Origin: an uncultured Gemmatimonadales bacterium
GTDB taxonomy: Bacteria > Gemmatimonadota > Gemmatimonadetes > Longimicrobiales > Gaopeijiaceae
Reading direction: 5' to 3'
Length of the DNA stretch: 64,000 nt
Assembly (NCBI GenBank): GCA_963823035.1
Contig: CAWGKG010000010.1
Location: 256,001-320,000, forward strand
Of this stretch, positions 10,078-20,657 are shown in pieces. Each line of letters begins with the position of its first letter. Within the stretch, counting starts at the first letter, position 1. Below the pieces are notes generated by a model, which was given only the letters and a program-made list of their open reading frames with translations, was not told the DNA's origin and searched no databases. A program made the position numbers and the translations under genes.

Positions 10078-11818
10078 CTACATCCCGCCGCCCGCCTTCT
10101 CGTAGGCCACGTTGCCGCCGACCACCGTGTAGAGGGCCTCGGTTCCGAGGATCTCCTCGGCGGGCACCGTGGTGATGTCGCGCGACAGCACCGCGAAGTC
10201 GGCGAGCATCCCCGGGGACCAGCTTTCCCTTCTCGTTCTCTTCGAACGCGGCGTACGCGCCGTTCGTCGTGTACGTCTGCAGCGCCTGCTCGCGCGTGAG
10301 CGCCTGATCGGGATAGAACAGCTCGTCGCTTCCCACCATCTCCCGCGTGACCGTGCAGTGGTACGAAGCGAAGGGGTCGATGTTCTCCACCGGGACGTCG
10401 GTTCCGTTCGTCACGATCACGCCCATCGCCCAGAGCGTCTTCCACATGTACGCGCCCGCCTCGGCCCTGCGGGCGCCCAGCCGCGGACCCACGTACGGCG
10501 CGTCCGAGCAGGCGTGGATGGCCTGCATCGACGCGATGACCCCGAGCTCCGCGAAGCGGGGGATGTCCGTGGGGTCGAGGTGCTGCGAATGCTCGATGCG
10601 CCAACGCAACGTGTCGCCGTCCACGCCATGGTCCCGGAACACCCGCTCGTACACGTCCAGCGTCTCGCGATTGGCGCGGTCGCCGATGGCGTGTGTGGCG
10701 ATCTGGAAGCCGTTGCGCAGCCCGATCTCGGCGATCTCGTGGATGCGCTCCATCGAGGTGACGTTCAGCCCCGTGCTCTTGGCGTCGTCGCTGTAGGGCT
10801 GGAGCATCCACGCGCTGCGGGAGCCCAGCGCGCCGTCCGCGGTGACCTCACCGATGGCGCGCACGGTGAGATGGCCGTCCGCGTAGTCGACCGTGCGGTG
10901 GGCCGCCAGCTCGCGCTCGTTCTCGGGCGTGACCTCACCCTGGTCCACCAGGACGTAGAGCCGCAGCGGGAGGTCTCCCTCGTCGGCCATCTTCTCGAGG
11001 CCGTCGATGGTCTCCAGCGACGCCCCCATGTCCTGGAAGCTGGTGACGCCGTTGGCCAGCGCCTCCTGCGCCGCGAGGTGCACCTGCTCGCGGAAGTCCG
11101 CCTCCACCTGCTCGGGCGTGCGGTCGGCCCGCGCCTGGCCGAGGGCGCGGCGCACGAGTCCGCTCGCGGCGTCGACCAGGATCCCGGTCGGCCGACCCCG
11201 CGCGTCCTTGATGATCTGACCGCCCGAAGGGCTGGCCGTGCTGGCCGTCACGCCCGCGGCGCTCAACGCCGCTGCGTTGGCGATCGACGCGTGGCCGCTC
11301 GCGTGCGTCAGCAGGACGGGGTTGTTCGGGGCGGCCTCGTTCAGGAGATCGTTGGTCTGGAAGCCGGCCACGACGCGCGGCGGGGCCTCGTCCCACTTCT
11401 CCTGGTGCCAGCCGCGCCCGAGGATCCACGCGCCGGGCTCCGCCTCCGCCGCGGCCGAGCGCACCATCTCCACGATCTCGTTCCAGGTGCGCGCGTGCAT
11501 GAGGTCGAGCTGCTGTAGCGAGCTGCCCAACCCCATGAAGTGCCCGTGTGACTCGATGAACCCGGGCACCACGAGCTCGCCGCCGAGGTCGATCACGCGC
11601 GTGTCGTTCCCGATCCACGCGGCGATCTCGTCGTCCGTGCCGACCGCGGCGATCGTGTCACCCACCACGGCCAGCGCCTGCGCCTGCGGGTGGTTGGAGT
11701 CCATCGTGACGATCTTCCCGCCCCGCAGGACCAGGTCCGCCTTGGGGGCCGAGGACTCACAGGCGCCTACGGTCAGCGCGAGGAGGGCGAGGGCGACGAA
11801 GACGCGGCGTTGGCTCAT
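10078..11818 (-). CDS. YtcJ-like amidohydrolase (Amidohydro_3), probable lipoprotein; frameshift near 10212
   Basis: Lipobox LTVGAC. PGFIESHGH, GRGWHQEKW, DGALGSRSA, THAIGDRAN, RIEHSQH, NGTDVPVE. The C-terminus MLADFAVLSRD...TVVGGNVAYEK ends at TAG 10078-10080 in the shifted frame. Confidence 0.88.
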
Positions 11819-11946
11819 GACGGTGCCTCTGGGCGTGCGATGCGACCGATACGGTTTTCGGGTGACCCTCAGGATGCCACCTGCGGGAGGATTCTGCCAC
11901 CACCCGCGACCCTGGCGACGTGGGCCCGCGTCGGCGAGGTTGCGGC

Positions 11947-12921
11947 ATGGCCAACGAGCATTTCTATCCGGAGATCCAGCCCTACGCCTCGGGTACGCTG
12001 CGCGTCGAGGCTCCCCACGAGCTCTACTGGGAGGAGTGCGGCAACCCGGAGGGCGTCCCCATCCTCTTCGTGCACGGCGGCCCCGGAGCCGGCTGCTCCG
12101 AGTACGATCGGCGCTTCTTCGACCCGGAGCGATTCCGCGTGGTCCTTCTCGACCAGCGCGGCTCCGGCCGCTCCACGCCCCAGGGGGAGTTGCAGGGCAA
12201 CGACCCCGACAGCCTCGCCGCCGACTTCGAGCGGCTGCGCGAGGACCGTGGTATCGAGCGGTGGCACGTCTTCGGCGGCTCGTGGGGGAGCACGCTCGGC
12301 CTGCACTACGGTGAGCAGTATCCGGAGCGCGTGCTCAGCCTGGTCCTCCGCGGGATCTGGCTGCTGCGAGACGAGGAGATCCACTGGTGGCTCTACGAGC
12401 TGGGCAAGGTGCAGCCGGAGCTGTGGCGCATGTTCGTCGAGCAGGTGCCGGAGGACGACCGCGACGACCTGCTCGAAGCGTACTGGAAGATCCTCACCGG
12501 CGACGATCGCGAGGCCGCGCTGTCGGCGGCGCGGGCATGGAGCGTCTACGAGGGGTCGTGCTGCACGCTCCTCCCCAACGCGGAGTTCGCGGACATGTTC
12601 TCGGACGCCGACCTCGCGTGGAGCCTGGCGCGGCTGGAGGCGCACTACTTCCGCAACGTGCGCTTCGACCCCGACACCAAGCTCCTCGATCGCGTGGATC
12701 GCGTCCGGGACATCCCGTCGTTCGCGGTGCACGGCCGCTACGACATGGTGTGCCCCGTGAAGAGCTTCGACGACCTGCGGCGCGCCTGGCCCGAGCTGGA
12801 CGGCGTGATCGTGCCGGACGCGGGGCACTCGTCGCACGAGCCCGGCATCACGCGCGAGCTGGTGGCAGCGACGCGCAGGATCGCGGAGACGGGGAGCCCG
12901 GTGCGGGCATCGACGTCATAG
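11947..12921 (+). CDS. pip: Proline iminopeptidase (S33)
   Basis: HELYWEECGNPEG, VHGGPGAG, DQRGSGRSTP, FGGSWGSTL, LVLRGI, GRYDMVCP, DAGHS. Confidence 0.95.
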   Translation: MANEHFYPEIQPYASGTLRVEAPHELYWEECGNPEGVPILFVHGGPGAGCSEYDRRFFDPERFRVVLLDQRGSGRSTPQGELQGNDPDSLAADFERLREDRGIERWHVFGGSWGSTLGLHYGEQYPERVLSLVLRGIWLLRDEEIHWWLYELGKVQPELWRMFVEQVPEDDRDDLLEAYWKILTGDDREAALSAARAWSVYEGSCCTLLPNAEFADMFSDADLAWSLARLEAHYFRNVRFDPDTKLLDRVDRVRDIPSFAVHGRYDMVCPVKSFDDLRRAWPELDGVIVPDAGHSSHEPGITRELVAATRRIAETGSPVRASTS

Positions 12922-12942
12922 CGCCAGGCCCCGTGGCCCACG

Positions 12943-12994
12943 GCGATTCTGAATCGCAGCTTATGCGCCGTCCATGAGTTGTTGGAACATGGAC
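12943..12994. promoter_or_regulatory. Two inverted repeats upstream of the amine operon (candidate operators)
   Basis: GCGATTC-T-GAATCGC (12943-12957) and GTCCATG-N11-CATGGAC (12970-12994) in a locally AT-richer intergenic region. Confidence 0.4.
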
Positions 12995-13050
12995 AATTGG
13001 GGTAACATCAGGGGATCCTCGTCCCCCGCCAACAGCCCTGAGCCGGACCC

Positions 13051-14366
13051 ATGCCCAACAACAATACGCTCGTCGAACGACGCCACGCCGTGGTGCCACG
13101 CGCGGTCGGCCAGTTCGCAGGAGAGACCACCGCCGCGTCCGCGTCCGGCGCTCATCTCGTGGATGCCGACGGCACGCGCCTCATCGACTTCGCGGGCGGA
13201 ATCGGTGTCGTGAACGTCGGGCACTGCGACGAGCACGTGGTGCGCGCGATCCAGGAGCAGGCCGCCCGCCTCATCCACACCTGCATCCACGTGGCGACCT
13301 ACGAGCCGTACGTCGCCCTGTGCGAGAAGCTGGTGACCCTCCTCCCGCACGGTGGACCCACGAAGGCGGTGCTCCTGAACTCGGGGGCGGAGGCCGTGGA
13401 GAACGCCGTGAAGTTCGCGCGCCAGGCCACCGGAAGGCAGGCCGATCATCTGCTACACCGAGGCCTTCCACGGCCGCACGATGATGGGCATGTCCCTGAC
13501 CTCGAAGACGCGCTACAAGGTCGGGTGCGGGCCCTTCGCGCCGGAGGTCTACCGGCTCCCGTATCCGAACCACTTCCGCGACGGCGACAGGGCTTGACCT
13601 CGAGGCGTTCGTGGAGCGCGAGCTGGCCCGCCTGGAGGAGGCCTTCGTCAACCTGGTGGCCGCGAGCCACGTGGCGGCCATCATCATCGAGCCCGTCCTC
13701 GGCGAGGGCGGCTTCATCCCGGCGCCCGCCGCCTATCTGCGCGGCCTCCGCGAGGTCTGCGACCGGCACGGCATCGTGCTCGTCTTCGACGAGGTCCAGT
13801 CGGGCTTCGGCCGCACCGGACGCTGGGCGGCCTACGAGCACGCCGGCGTGATTCCGGACATCTCGACGTGGGCGAAGTCGATGGGCGGGGGAATGCCGAT
13901 CTCGGCGGTGCTGGGCAAGGCGGAGATCCTGGATCGGGCGGAGCCCGGCACGGTGGGCGGGACATACGGGGGCAACCCGGTGGCGTGCGCCGCGGCGCTG
14001 GCCACGATCGCCCGCATGGAGGAGCTGGACCTCAACGCGCGCGGCGCCGAGATCGGCGACCGGATCCGCGCGCGCTTCGAGGCGCTGCAGCAACGGTCCG
14101 ACCTCGTGGCCGACGTCCGCGGCCTGGGGGCGATGATCGGCATGGAGCTGTGCTGGGATGGCGATCCAGGCCGTCCCGCCGGTGAGGCGGTCACCGCGGT
14201 CACCGCGGCGTGCCGCGAGCGGGGGGTCCTGGTGCTGCCGGCCGGGCCGCACGGGAACGTCATCCGGGTGCTCGCTCCGCTGGTCATCGACGACGACGAC
14301 CTCGAGACCGGCATCGTCGCCATCGAGGAGGCCGTGCTCGCCGTGTCGGAACCCGCCACCGTATGA
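13051..14366 (+). CDS. gabT: Class III PLP aminotransferase, 4-aminobutyrate transaminase-like; frameshifts near 13440 and 13590
   Basis: IDFAGGIGVVNVGH, NSGAEAVENAVKFAR, (shifted frame) FHGRT, IIEPVLGEGGF, FDEVQSGFGRTG, AKSMGGGMP (PLP Lys), GGTYGGNP, VRGLGAM. Confidence 0.85.
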
Positions 14367-15253
14367 AGCCCTTCGCCATCGCGGGCATGCAGCTCGACCT
14401 CTCCGCCGTGCGCCCGAACGCGGCGTACATGGGGGAGCGGCTGGACGTGCTGATGAGCGTGTACCCATGGGTGCAGATGGTGGTGTTCAGCGAGCTGGCC
14501 GCCTACGGCCCGCTCGTCGCCAACGCCCAGCCGATCCCGAACGAGACGGAGGATGCCTTCCGGGAGTGGGCGCGCCGGCACGGGATCTGGCTCATCCCGG
14601 GCTCCATGTTCGAGCAGGACGGCGACAGGGTCTACAACACGGCGTCGGTGATCGATCCGAACGGCGACGTGGTCGGCCGCTACCGGAAGCTGTTCCCGTT
14701 CCGGCCCTACGAGAGCGGCGTCGAGGGCGGCTCGGAGTTCCTGGTGTTCGACGTCCCGGACGCCGGGCGGTTCGCCGTCTCGATCTGCTACGACCTCTGG
14801 TTTCCGGAGACCGCGCGCACGCTCGCTGCCATGGGGGCGGAGGTGATCCTCCACCCCACGCTCACCGGCACCATCGATCGCGACGTCGAGTTGGCCATCG
14901 TCCGGGCGACGGCGGCGCAGAACCAGTGCTTCGTATTCGGGATCAACGGCTTCGGCGACTGCGGCAACGGCCGTTCGATCATCGTGGGGCCCGCGGGTGA
15001 AGTGCTCTACGAGGGTCAGAGCGCACAGGAGATGATCCCCTTCGAGATCGACTTCGACCGCGTGCGCCGCAGCCGTGAAGTGGGACTGCGGGGGCTCGGG
15101 CAGCAACTCAAGAGCTTCCGCGACCGGACCATCGAGTTCCCGGTGTACACGGCCGAGGCGCGCTCCTGGCCCTACCTCAGGAGCCTGGGCCCCCTGGTCA
15201 AGCCCGATCGTGGCTCGCGGGTCGGGATCCAGCCGAAGGAAATCACCGAATGA
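14363..15253 (+). CDS. Carbon-nitrogen hydrolase (nitrilase superfamily)
   Basis: ATG 14363 overlaps the upstream stop (ATGA). Glu-Lys-Cys triad: VVFSELA, YRKLFP, ICYDLWFPE. Also VYNTASVI. Confidence 0.9.
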   Translation: MKPFAIAGMQLDLSAVRPNAAYMGERLDVLMSVYPWVQMVVFSELAAYGPLVANAQPIPNETEDAFREWARRHGIWLIPGSMFEQDGDRVYNTASVIDPNGDVVGRYRKLFPFRPYESGVEGGSEFLVFDVPDAGRFAVSICYDLWFPETARTLAAMGAEVILHPTLTGTIDRDVELAIVRATAAQNQCFVFGINGFGDCGNGRSIIVGPAGEVLYEGQSAQEMIPFEIDFDRVRRSREVGLRGLGQQLKSFRDRTIEFPVYTAEARSWPYLRSLGPLVKPDRGSRVGIQPKEITE

Positions 15254-18028
15254 CGCCTCCCCGCAACCGATCCCTGCAGGACCACTACGCCGCATCCCAG
15301 TTCCGGACCGAGGCCTGGCACCTCCTCCAGCAGTCGACCGCGTCCCTACGGTCCTTCGCCGACGCCGGTCGTGATGTCTCCGAGTTGTCGAGCTCCGTTC
15401 ACGCCGCGCTCGCGCTGCTGACCAGGATCGAGAGCTACTGGGCCTTCCCCGGGGCGCGTGTCTGCGCCGAGCTCACGCGTATGCTCGACGGAGGCGACTA
15501 TGCTGCGCTCGCGCGTCAAGACCTCGAGGGTGGTCCGACTCCTGGTGAGCCACTCCTACCGGTCGCGTGACGTGTCCGCCGCCCTCCTGGACGAGGGCGC
15601 TCCCGAGGTCGAGGTGCCCACGGACCCCGGGGGAACCGAGTATCGGCCCTACTTCGAGGTGATGGTGGTGGACGACCTCGACGCCGGCGAGCAGGAGGCG
15701 CTGCGCGCCGCGCTGCATGCCATGCAGCGGCCCGACGACGACTTCGTGTACGACATCGTGGTCGTGCCGACCTTCGAGGACGCGGTGATCGGGGTGCTCT
15801 TCAACCACAACGTGCAGAGCTGCGTGATCCGCTACCGTTTTCCGATCGCGTCGCGCGTGCAGATCCCCGAGCTCCGTCATTTCCTCGACTTCGTGGACCC
15901 GCGCCAGGCGGAGCGCGCACGAGGACGAGCCGGCCGAGGCGCTCGCGGAGACCATCGCGACCCTGCGACCCGAGCTGGACCTGTTCAAGGTCACGGACGA
16001 GACGCTGGGGAGCGTGGCCGCGAGCCGTGCGCGCTGCTTCCGGCGCGTGTTCTACCGGCAGGAGGACTACACCGAGCTGCATCTGAGCATCCTGAAGGGG
16101 ATTCGCGAGCGCTACGAGACGCCCTTTCTTCACGGCGCTGCGCGAATACAGCCTGCGGCCCACGGGGGTGTTCCACGCCCTGCCGATCTCACGTGGCAAG
16201 TCCATCTACAAGTCCCACTGGATCAGGGACATGGGCCGCTTCTACGGCGCCAACATCTTCCTCGCGGAGACCTCGTCGACCACCGGCGGGCTCGATTCGC
16301 TGCTCCACCCGACGGGCCCGTTGAAGGTCGCGCAGGAGAAGGTCGCCCGGGCCTTCGGCAGCCGGCAGAGCTTCTTCGTCACGAACGGCACCTCCACCGC
16401 CAACAAGATCGTGACGCAGGCCCTCGTGGCGCCGGGGGACCTGGTCATGCTCTCCCACGACTGCCACAAGTCGCACCCCTACGCGCTGGTCCTGGCCGGC
16501 GCGCAGCCCGTGTACATGGACGCCTACCCACTGGACGAGTTCACCATGTTCGGCGGGGTGCCCCTGCGCGAGATCAAGCGACAGCTCCTCGCGCTGAAGA
16601 GGGCGGGGAAGCTCGGGCGCGTGCGCATGCTGCTGCTCACCAACAGCACCTTCGACGGCATCGTCTACGATCCCGAGCGGGTCATGCGCGAGGTGCTGGC
16701 CATCAAGCCCGACATGATCTTCCTGTGGGACGAGGCCTGGTTCGCCTTCGCGCGCGCCACCCCGACGTACCGGGCCCGGACGGCCATGGCGGCGGCGGCC
16801 CGCATGCGCGCGGACTTCGTGTCGAGCGAATACCGCGAGCGCTACGCCGCCTGGAAGGCCGAGTTCGACGCGCTCGACGCGGACGACGACGCGACCTGGC
16901 TCGAGCGGCCGCTCATGCCCGACCCCGAGCGGACGCGCCTCCGCATCTACGTCACGCAGTCGACGCACAAGACGCTCACGTCGCTGCGCCAGGGCTCGAT
17001 GATCCACGTCTTCGACCAGGACTTCGAGCAGAAGGCGAGGGAGCCGTTCCACGAAGCGTACATGACGCACACGTCCACGTCGCCCAACTACCAGATCCTG
17101 GCGTCGCTGGACGTGGGGCGCCGGCAGCTCGAGCTCGAGGGGTACGAGTTCGTCCGGCACAGCGTGGGTCTGGCCATGATGATCCGGAAGCAGATCACCG
17201 ATCATCCCCTCCTGCGGAAGTACTTCAGGGTGCTCAAGGCCGGGGACATGATCCCGGCCGAGTACCGCCCCTCGGGGCTCGAGCGCTTCTACGATCCCGA
17301 GAGCGGCTTCACGCGGATCGAGGAGCACTGGCGCAAGGACGAGTTCGCCCTGGATCCGACGCGCGTGACGCTCCACGTGGGCGCGACCGGGATGGACGGC
17401 GACACGTTCCGCAAGCTGCTCATCGAGAAGCACGACATCCAGATCAACAAGACGTCGCGCAACACGGTCCTGTTCATGCTCAACATCGGCTCGACGCGAG
17501 GGTCGGCCACGTACCTCCTGGACGTGCTCCTCCAGATCGCCGAGGACCTCGAGGAGCGCGAGGAGGAGCAGAACGAGATGGACCGCGCCCGGGCCGCGGG
17601 GCGGGTGCGCTCGCTGGTGGAGCAACTGCCACCGCTGCCGCGCTTCAGCCGCTTCCACCCCGCCTTCGTGGACGATCCCGACGGGGGACACACCCGAGGG
17701 GGACATGCGCGCGGCGTTCTTCCTGGCCTACGACCACGAGGCCGTCGAGCATCTGTTGATGGACGGGTCGGTGGAAGCGGCCATCAAGAGCGGTCGTGAC
17801 GTCGTCAGCTCGGCCTTCGTCACACCCTATCCGCCCGGCTTTCCCATCCTGGTGCCGGGCCAGGTGGTCACCGGCGACATCCTGGCCTACATGCGGGCCG
17901 TCGACGTGAAGGAGATCCACGGCTACGACCCGGAATACGGCCTTCGCGTCTTCCGGCCGGAAGTGCTCGACCGGCTGGCCGCCAAGCACACCCGTTCCAC
18001 GAACGAGAGAGAGGTAGTGGCTCGATGA
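15250..18028 (+). CDS. Large PLP-dependent Orn/Lys/Arg decarboxylase; frameshifts near 15518, 15920, 16130 and 17690
   Basis: Joined from ORFs 15250, 15458, 16014, 16168 and 17705. GGLDSLLHP, FFVTNGTSTANK, DCHKS, TFDG, WDEAW, QSTHKT (PLP Lys), HTSTSPNYQILASLD, LDPTRVT, TPYPPGFPILVPGQ. Confidence 0.9.
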
Positions 18029-19504
18029 GGAAGCTGAAGACGATCTCCGACATCCGGGCGTACTTCCACCAGTACGACGTGCCCACCTATTTCGTGAGCG
18101 CGACGCCGTTCAACCTCCAGGGAATGGAGGAGTGGGTCGGCGACTTCACCTTCATCAACTACATCGACTGCTTCGACGGGAAGCACCCCTCGGTGTTCGT
18201 GCCCACGGAGAAGCCGCATCCCGTGTTCGAGAGCATCGAGCAGATCGTCAACTACCTGCTCGAGCACGAGGAGGTGGCGCGCCTGATCAAGCGAAAGGCG
18301 CCCCGTGGGAAGGGGTACAGTGGCAACGTCGTCTTCCTCTTCTTCGACGAGCGCACCGAGGCGCTGTGCGAGAAGCTCGGCCTGCGCGTGTGGTTCCCTT
18401 CCGCGAAGCTGCGCACGCGGATGGACAACAAGATCATGACCACGCGCATCGGCAACGAGGCCGGGGTGAAGAGCGTCCCCAACGCCCTCGCCCGGGTCAC
18501 CTCGTACGACCGCCTCATGGCGGTCGCCAAGCGACACCGCCTCGGGGACCGCCTCGTGGTGCAGACCGCCTTCGGCGATTCGGGCCACACGACCTTCTTC
18601 ATCGACGGCGAGCGCGACTACCGGAGGCACGCCGACGAGATCGAGGCGGAGAAGGAGGTCAAGGTCATGAAGCGCGTGCGTTGCCGGGGCTCCGCGCTGG
18701 AGGCGTGCGTGACGCGCCACGGCACCCTGGTGGGGCCGCTCATGACCGAGCTGGTGGGCTTCAAGGAGCTCACCCCCTACAAGGGTGGATGGTGCGGCAA
18801 CGAGGTCTTTCCCGATGCGTTTCCGCAGAGCGATCCGTGACTTCGCCCGGCGGTCGGCGTTCAAGATCGGGGAAGCGCTGCGCAAGCGTCGGTACCGCGG
18901 CTACTTCGAGCTCGACTTCCTCATCGACCTGGACTCGGACGACGTCTATCTCGGCGAGATGAACCCACGCATCACGGGTGCCAGCTCGATGACGAACCTG
19001 GCCGCGTTCGCCCACGCCGACGCGCCGCTCTTCCTCTTCCACCTGCTCGAGTTCTCCGGCGTGCCGTACGATCTCGACGTGGAGGCGCTGAACACGCGCT
19101 GGTCCCACCCGCACAACATCGACGCCTGGAGCCAGCTCGTGATCAAGCACACCGGCACGGACGTCGAGCCCATCCGCGCGGCGCCGCGCTCGGGGGTGTG
19201 GGAGATGGCCGACGACGGCTCCGTCCGCTTCGTCCGCGACCAGATCCACCGCCGCACCGCGCGTAGCGGGAAGCAGGCCTTCTACCTCCGGATCGCCAAG
19301 GAGGGGGACTGGTTCTACGAGGGGGCGGACCTCGGGATCCTGGTAACGCCAGGTCGCCTCATGACGAAGGGGTTCCGCCTCACGCCGAGGGCCAAGGCGT
19401 GGGCGCTCGGGATCAAGGACCACTACCTTCCGGGCCGGGCGAGCGCCACGGCGAAGGCGGAGCAGGCACGCCAGGCGGAGGTCGCCGGCTTCAAGCTGCT
19501 CTAG
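18025..19504 (+). CDS. Uncharacterised ATP-grasp (biotin-carboxylase-like) ligase; frameshift near 18822
   Basis: ATGA overlap with the decarboxylase stop. MDNKIMTTRI, LVVQTAFGDSGHTTFF (Gly-rich loop), RGYFELDFL, LGEMNPRITG (ExNxR ATP-grasp metal motif). Confidence 0.8.
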
Positions 19505-19567
19505 CAGCCCGCGTAGGGCGCACCCGACGACACCGATCAACGGAATCCGATCCAGGAAGAAGCGACT

Positions 19568-20551
19568 CTGACCGTCCTCAAGCTCCGGTTCCGGTGGACG
19601 TCGGAGGCCGACCCCGGACCCCGGTGGCAGGCGCTCTTCAGGCGCGCATGGCCCTCCTATCGCGCCTGGTTCCTGCGCGAGGGAGACCGCGCCCGCCCTC
19701 CGCTCGCCGTGTGCAGGGCGAAGCTGCGCGAGCACATGCCGGAGCTGGTTCCGCTGTGGGAACGCCTGTGCGAGATGGCGGGCGACGATCCTGAGGTCGC
19801 GCGCATGCTGACGCTGTACCGACCCACGCCCTACGTGTCGGGATGCACGCAGGCCGTGCGCGGCGGTGCGTCACCCTCGCTGGTGCGCAACTACGACTAT
19901 CACCCCCACGCGTGCGAAGCGACGTTCGTCCGGACCCGGTGGACCGGAACGACCGTGATCGCTTCCAGTGACTGCCTCTGGGGTGCGCTCGACGGGATGA
20001 ACGAGCACGGGCTCTCCGTGGCGCTCGCGTTCGGAGGGAGCCGGGCGGTCGGCGACGGCTTCGGCATCCCCCTGATCCTGCGCTACGTGCTCGAGTCGTG
20101 CGCCAGCGTCGCCGAGGCGCGCAAGGTGCTCCGCCGGGTGCCGTCGCACATGGCGTACAACGTGTCGGTCGTGGATCGGAGCGGCGCCCACGTGGTCGCC
20201 TACCTCCGGCCGGGTGCGGAGGCGGAGATCGTTCGCGAGGCTGTGACGACGAACCACCAGCGGCGCATCGATTGGCCGGAGTACGTGGCCGCGACCCGGA
20301 GCGTGGAACGGAAGCGGCTCACCCGAGCCGCGCTGCGCGAGACGTCGGACGCACGGAGCCTGGTGGAGCGATTCCTCGAGCCGCCGCTGTTCGTGACGGA
20401 CTACGAGGGGTGGCACGGGACGCTCTACACGGTCGCATACCTGCCGGCGGAGCGCTCGATGGAGGTGCACTGGCGCGGTGCTTCCGTCCCACAGAGCATC
20501 GACGACTTCACGGAACGCGAGTTCGACGTCCCGTACCTTCCCGTCCCCTGA
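19568..20551 (+). CDS. C45-family autoproteolytic acyltransferase/hydrolase (Ntn-hydrolase)
   Basis: SGCTQAV (candidate Cys nucleophile), LVRNYDYHP, GALDGMNEHGL, PLILRYVLE, TTNHQ, GTLYT. The frame is open from 19517; the plausible N-terminus (LTVLKLRFRWTSEADPGPRWQALF) begins at CTG 19568. The ORF track start is 19709. Confidence 0.82.
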   Translation: MTVLKLRFRWTSEADPGPRWQALFRRAWPSYRAWFLREGDRARPPLAVCRAKLREHMPELVPLWERLCEMAGDDPEVARMLTLYRPTPYVSGCTQAVRGGASPSLVRNYDYHPHACEATFVRTRWTGTTVIASSDCLWGALDGMNEHGLSVALAFGGSRAVGDGFGIPLILRYVLESCASVAEARKVLRRVPSHMAYNVSVVDRSGAHVVAYLRPGAEAEIVREAVTTNHQRRIDWPEYVAATRSVERKRLTRAALRETSDARSLVERFLEPPLFVTDYEGWHGTLYTVAYLPAERSMEVHWRGASVPQSIDDFTEREFDVPYLPVP

Positions 20552-20657
20552 ATCGTCGGGCCCGCCACGCGACCCTTCCGCAATCGCCCGTATCCTTGCT
20601 TCGTTCACAGGAGGCCGGATCCCTGCACCGCGCTGACGGCGGAGAGGAGTCGAGGCG

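Noticed and set aside
15250..18028. Programmed ribosomal frameshifting (antizyme-like control) in the decarboxylase or gabT
   Set aside because: Frameshifts are equally common in unrelated genes and I see no consistent slippery motif; sequencing error is simpler.
19502..19567. Stop-codon readthrough fusing the ATP-grasp and C45 genes (same frame)
   Set aside because: Two in-frame TAG stops (19502 and 19514) and no recoding signal or machinery visible.
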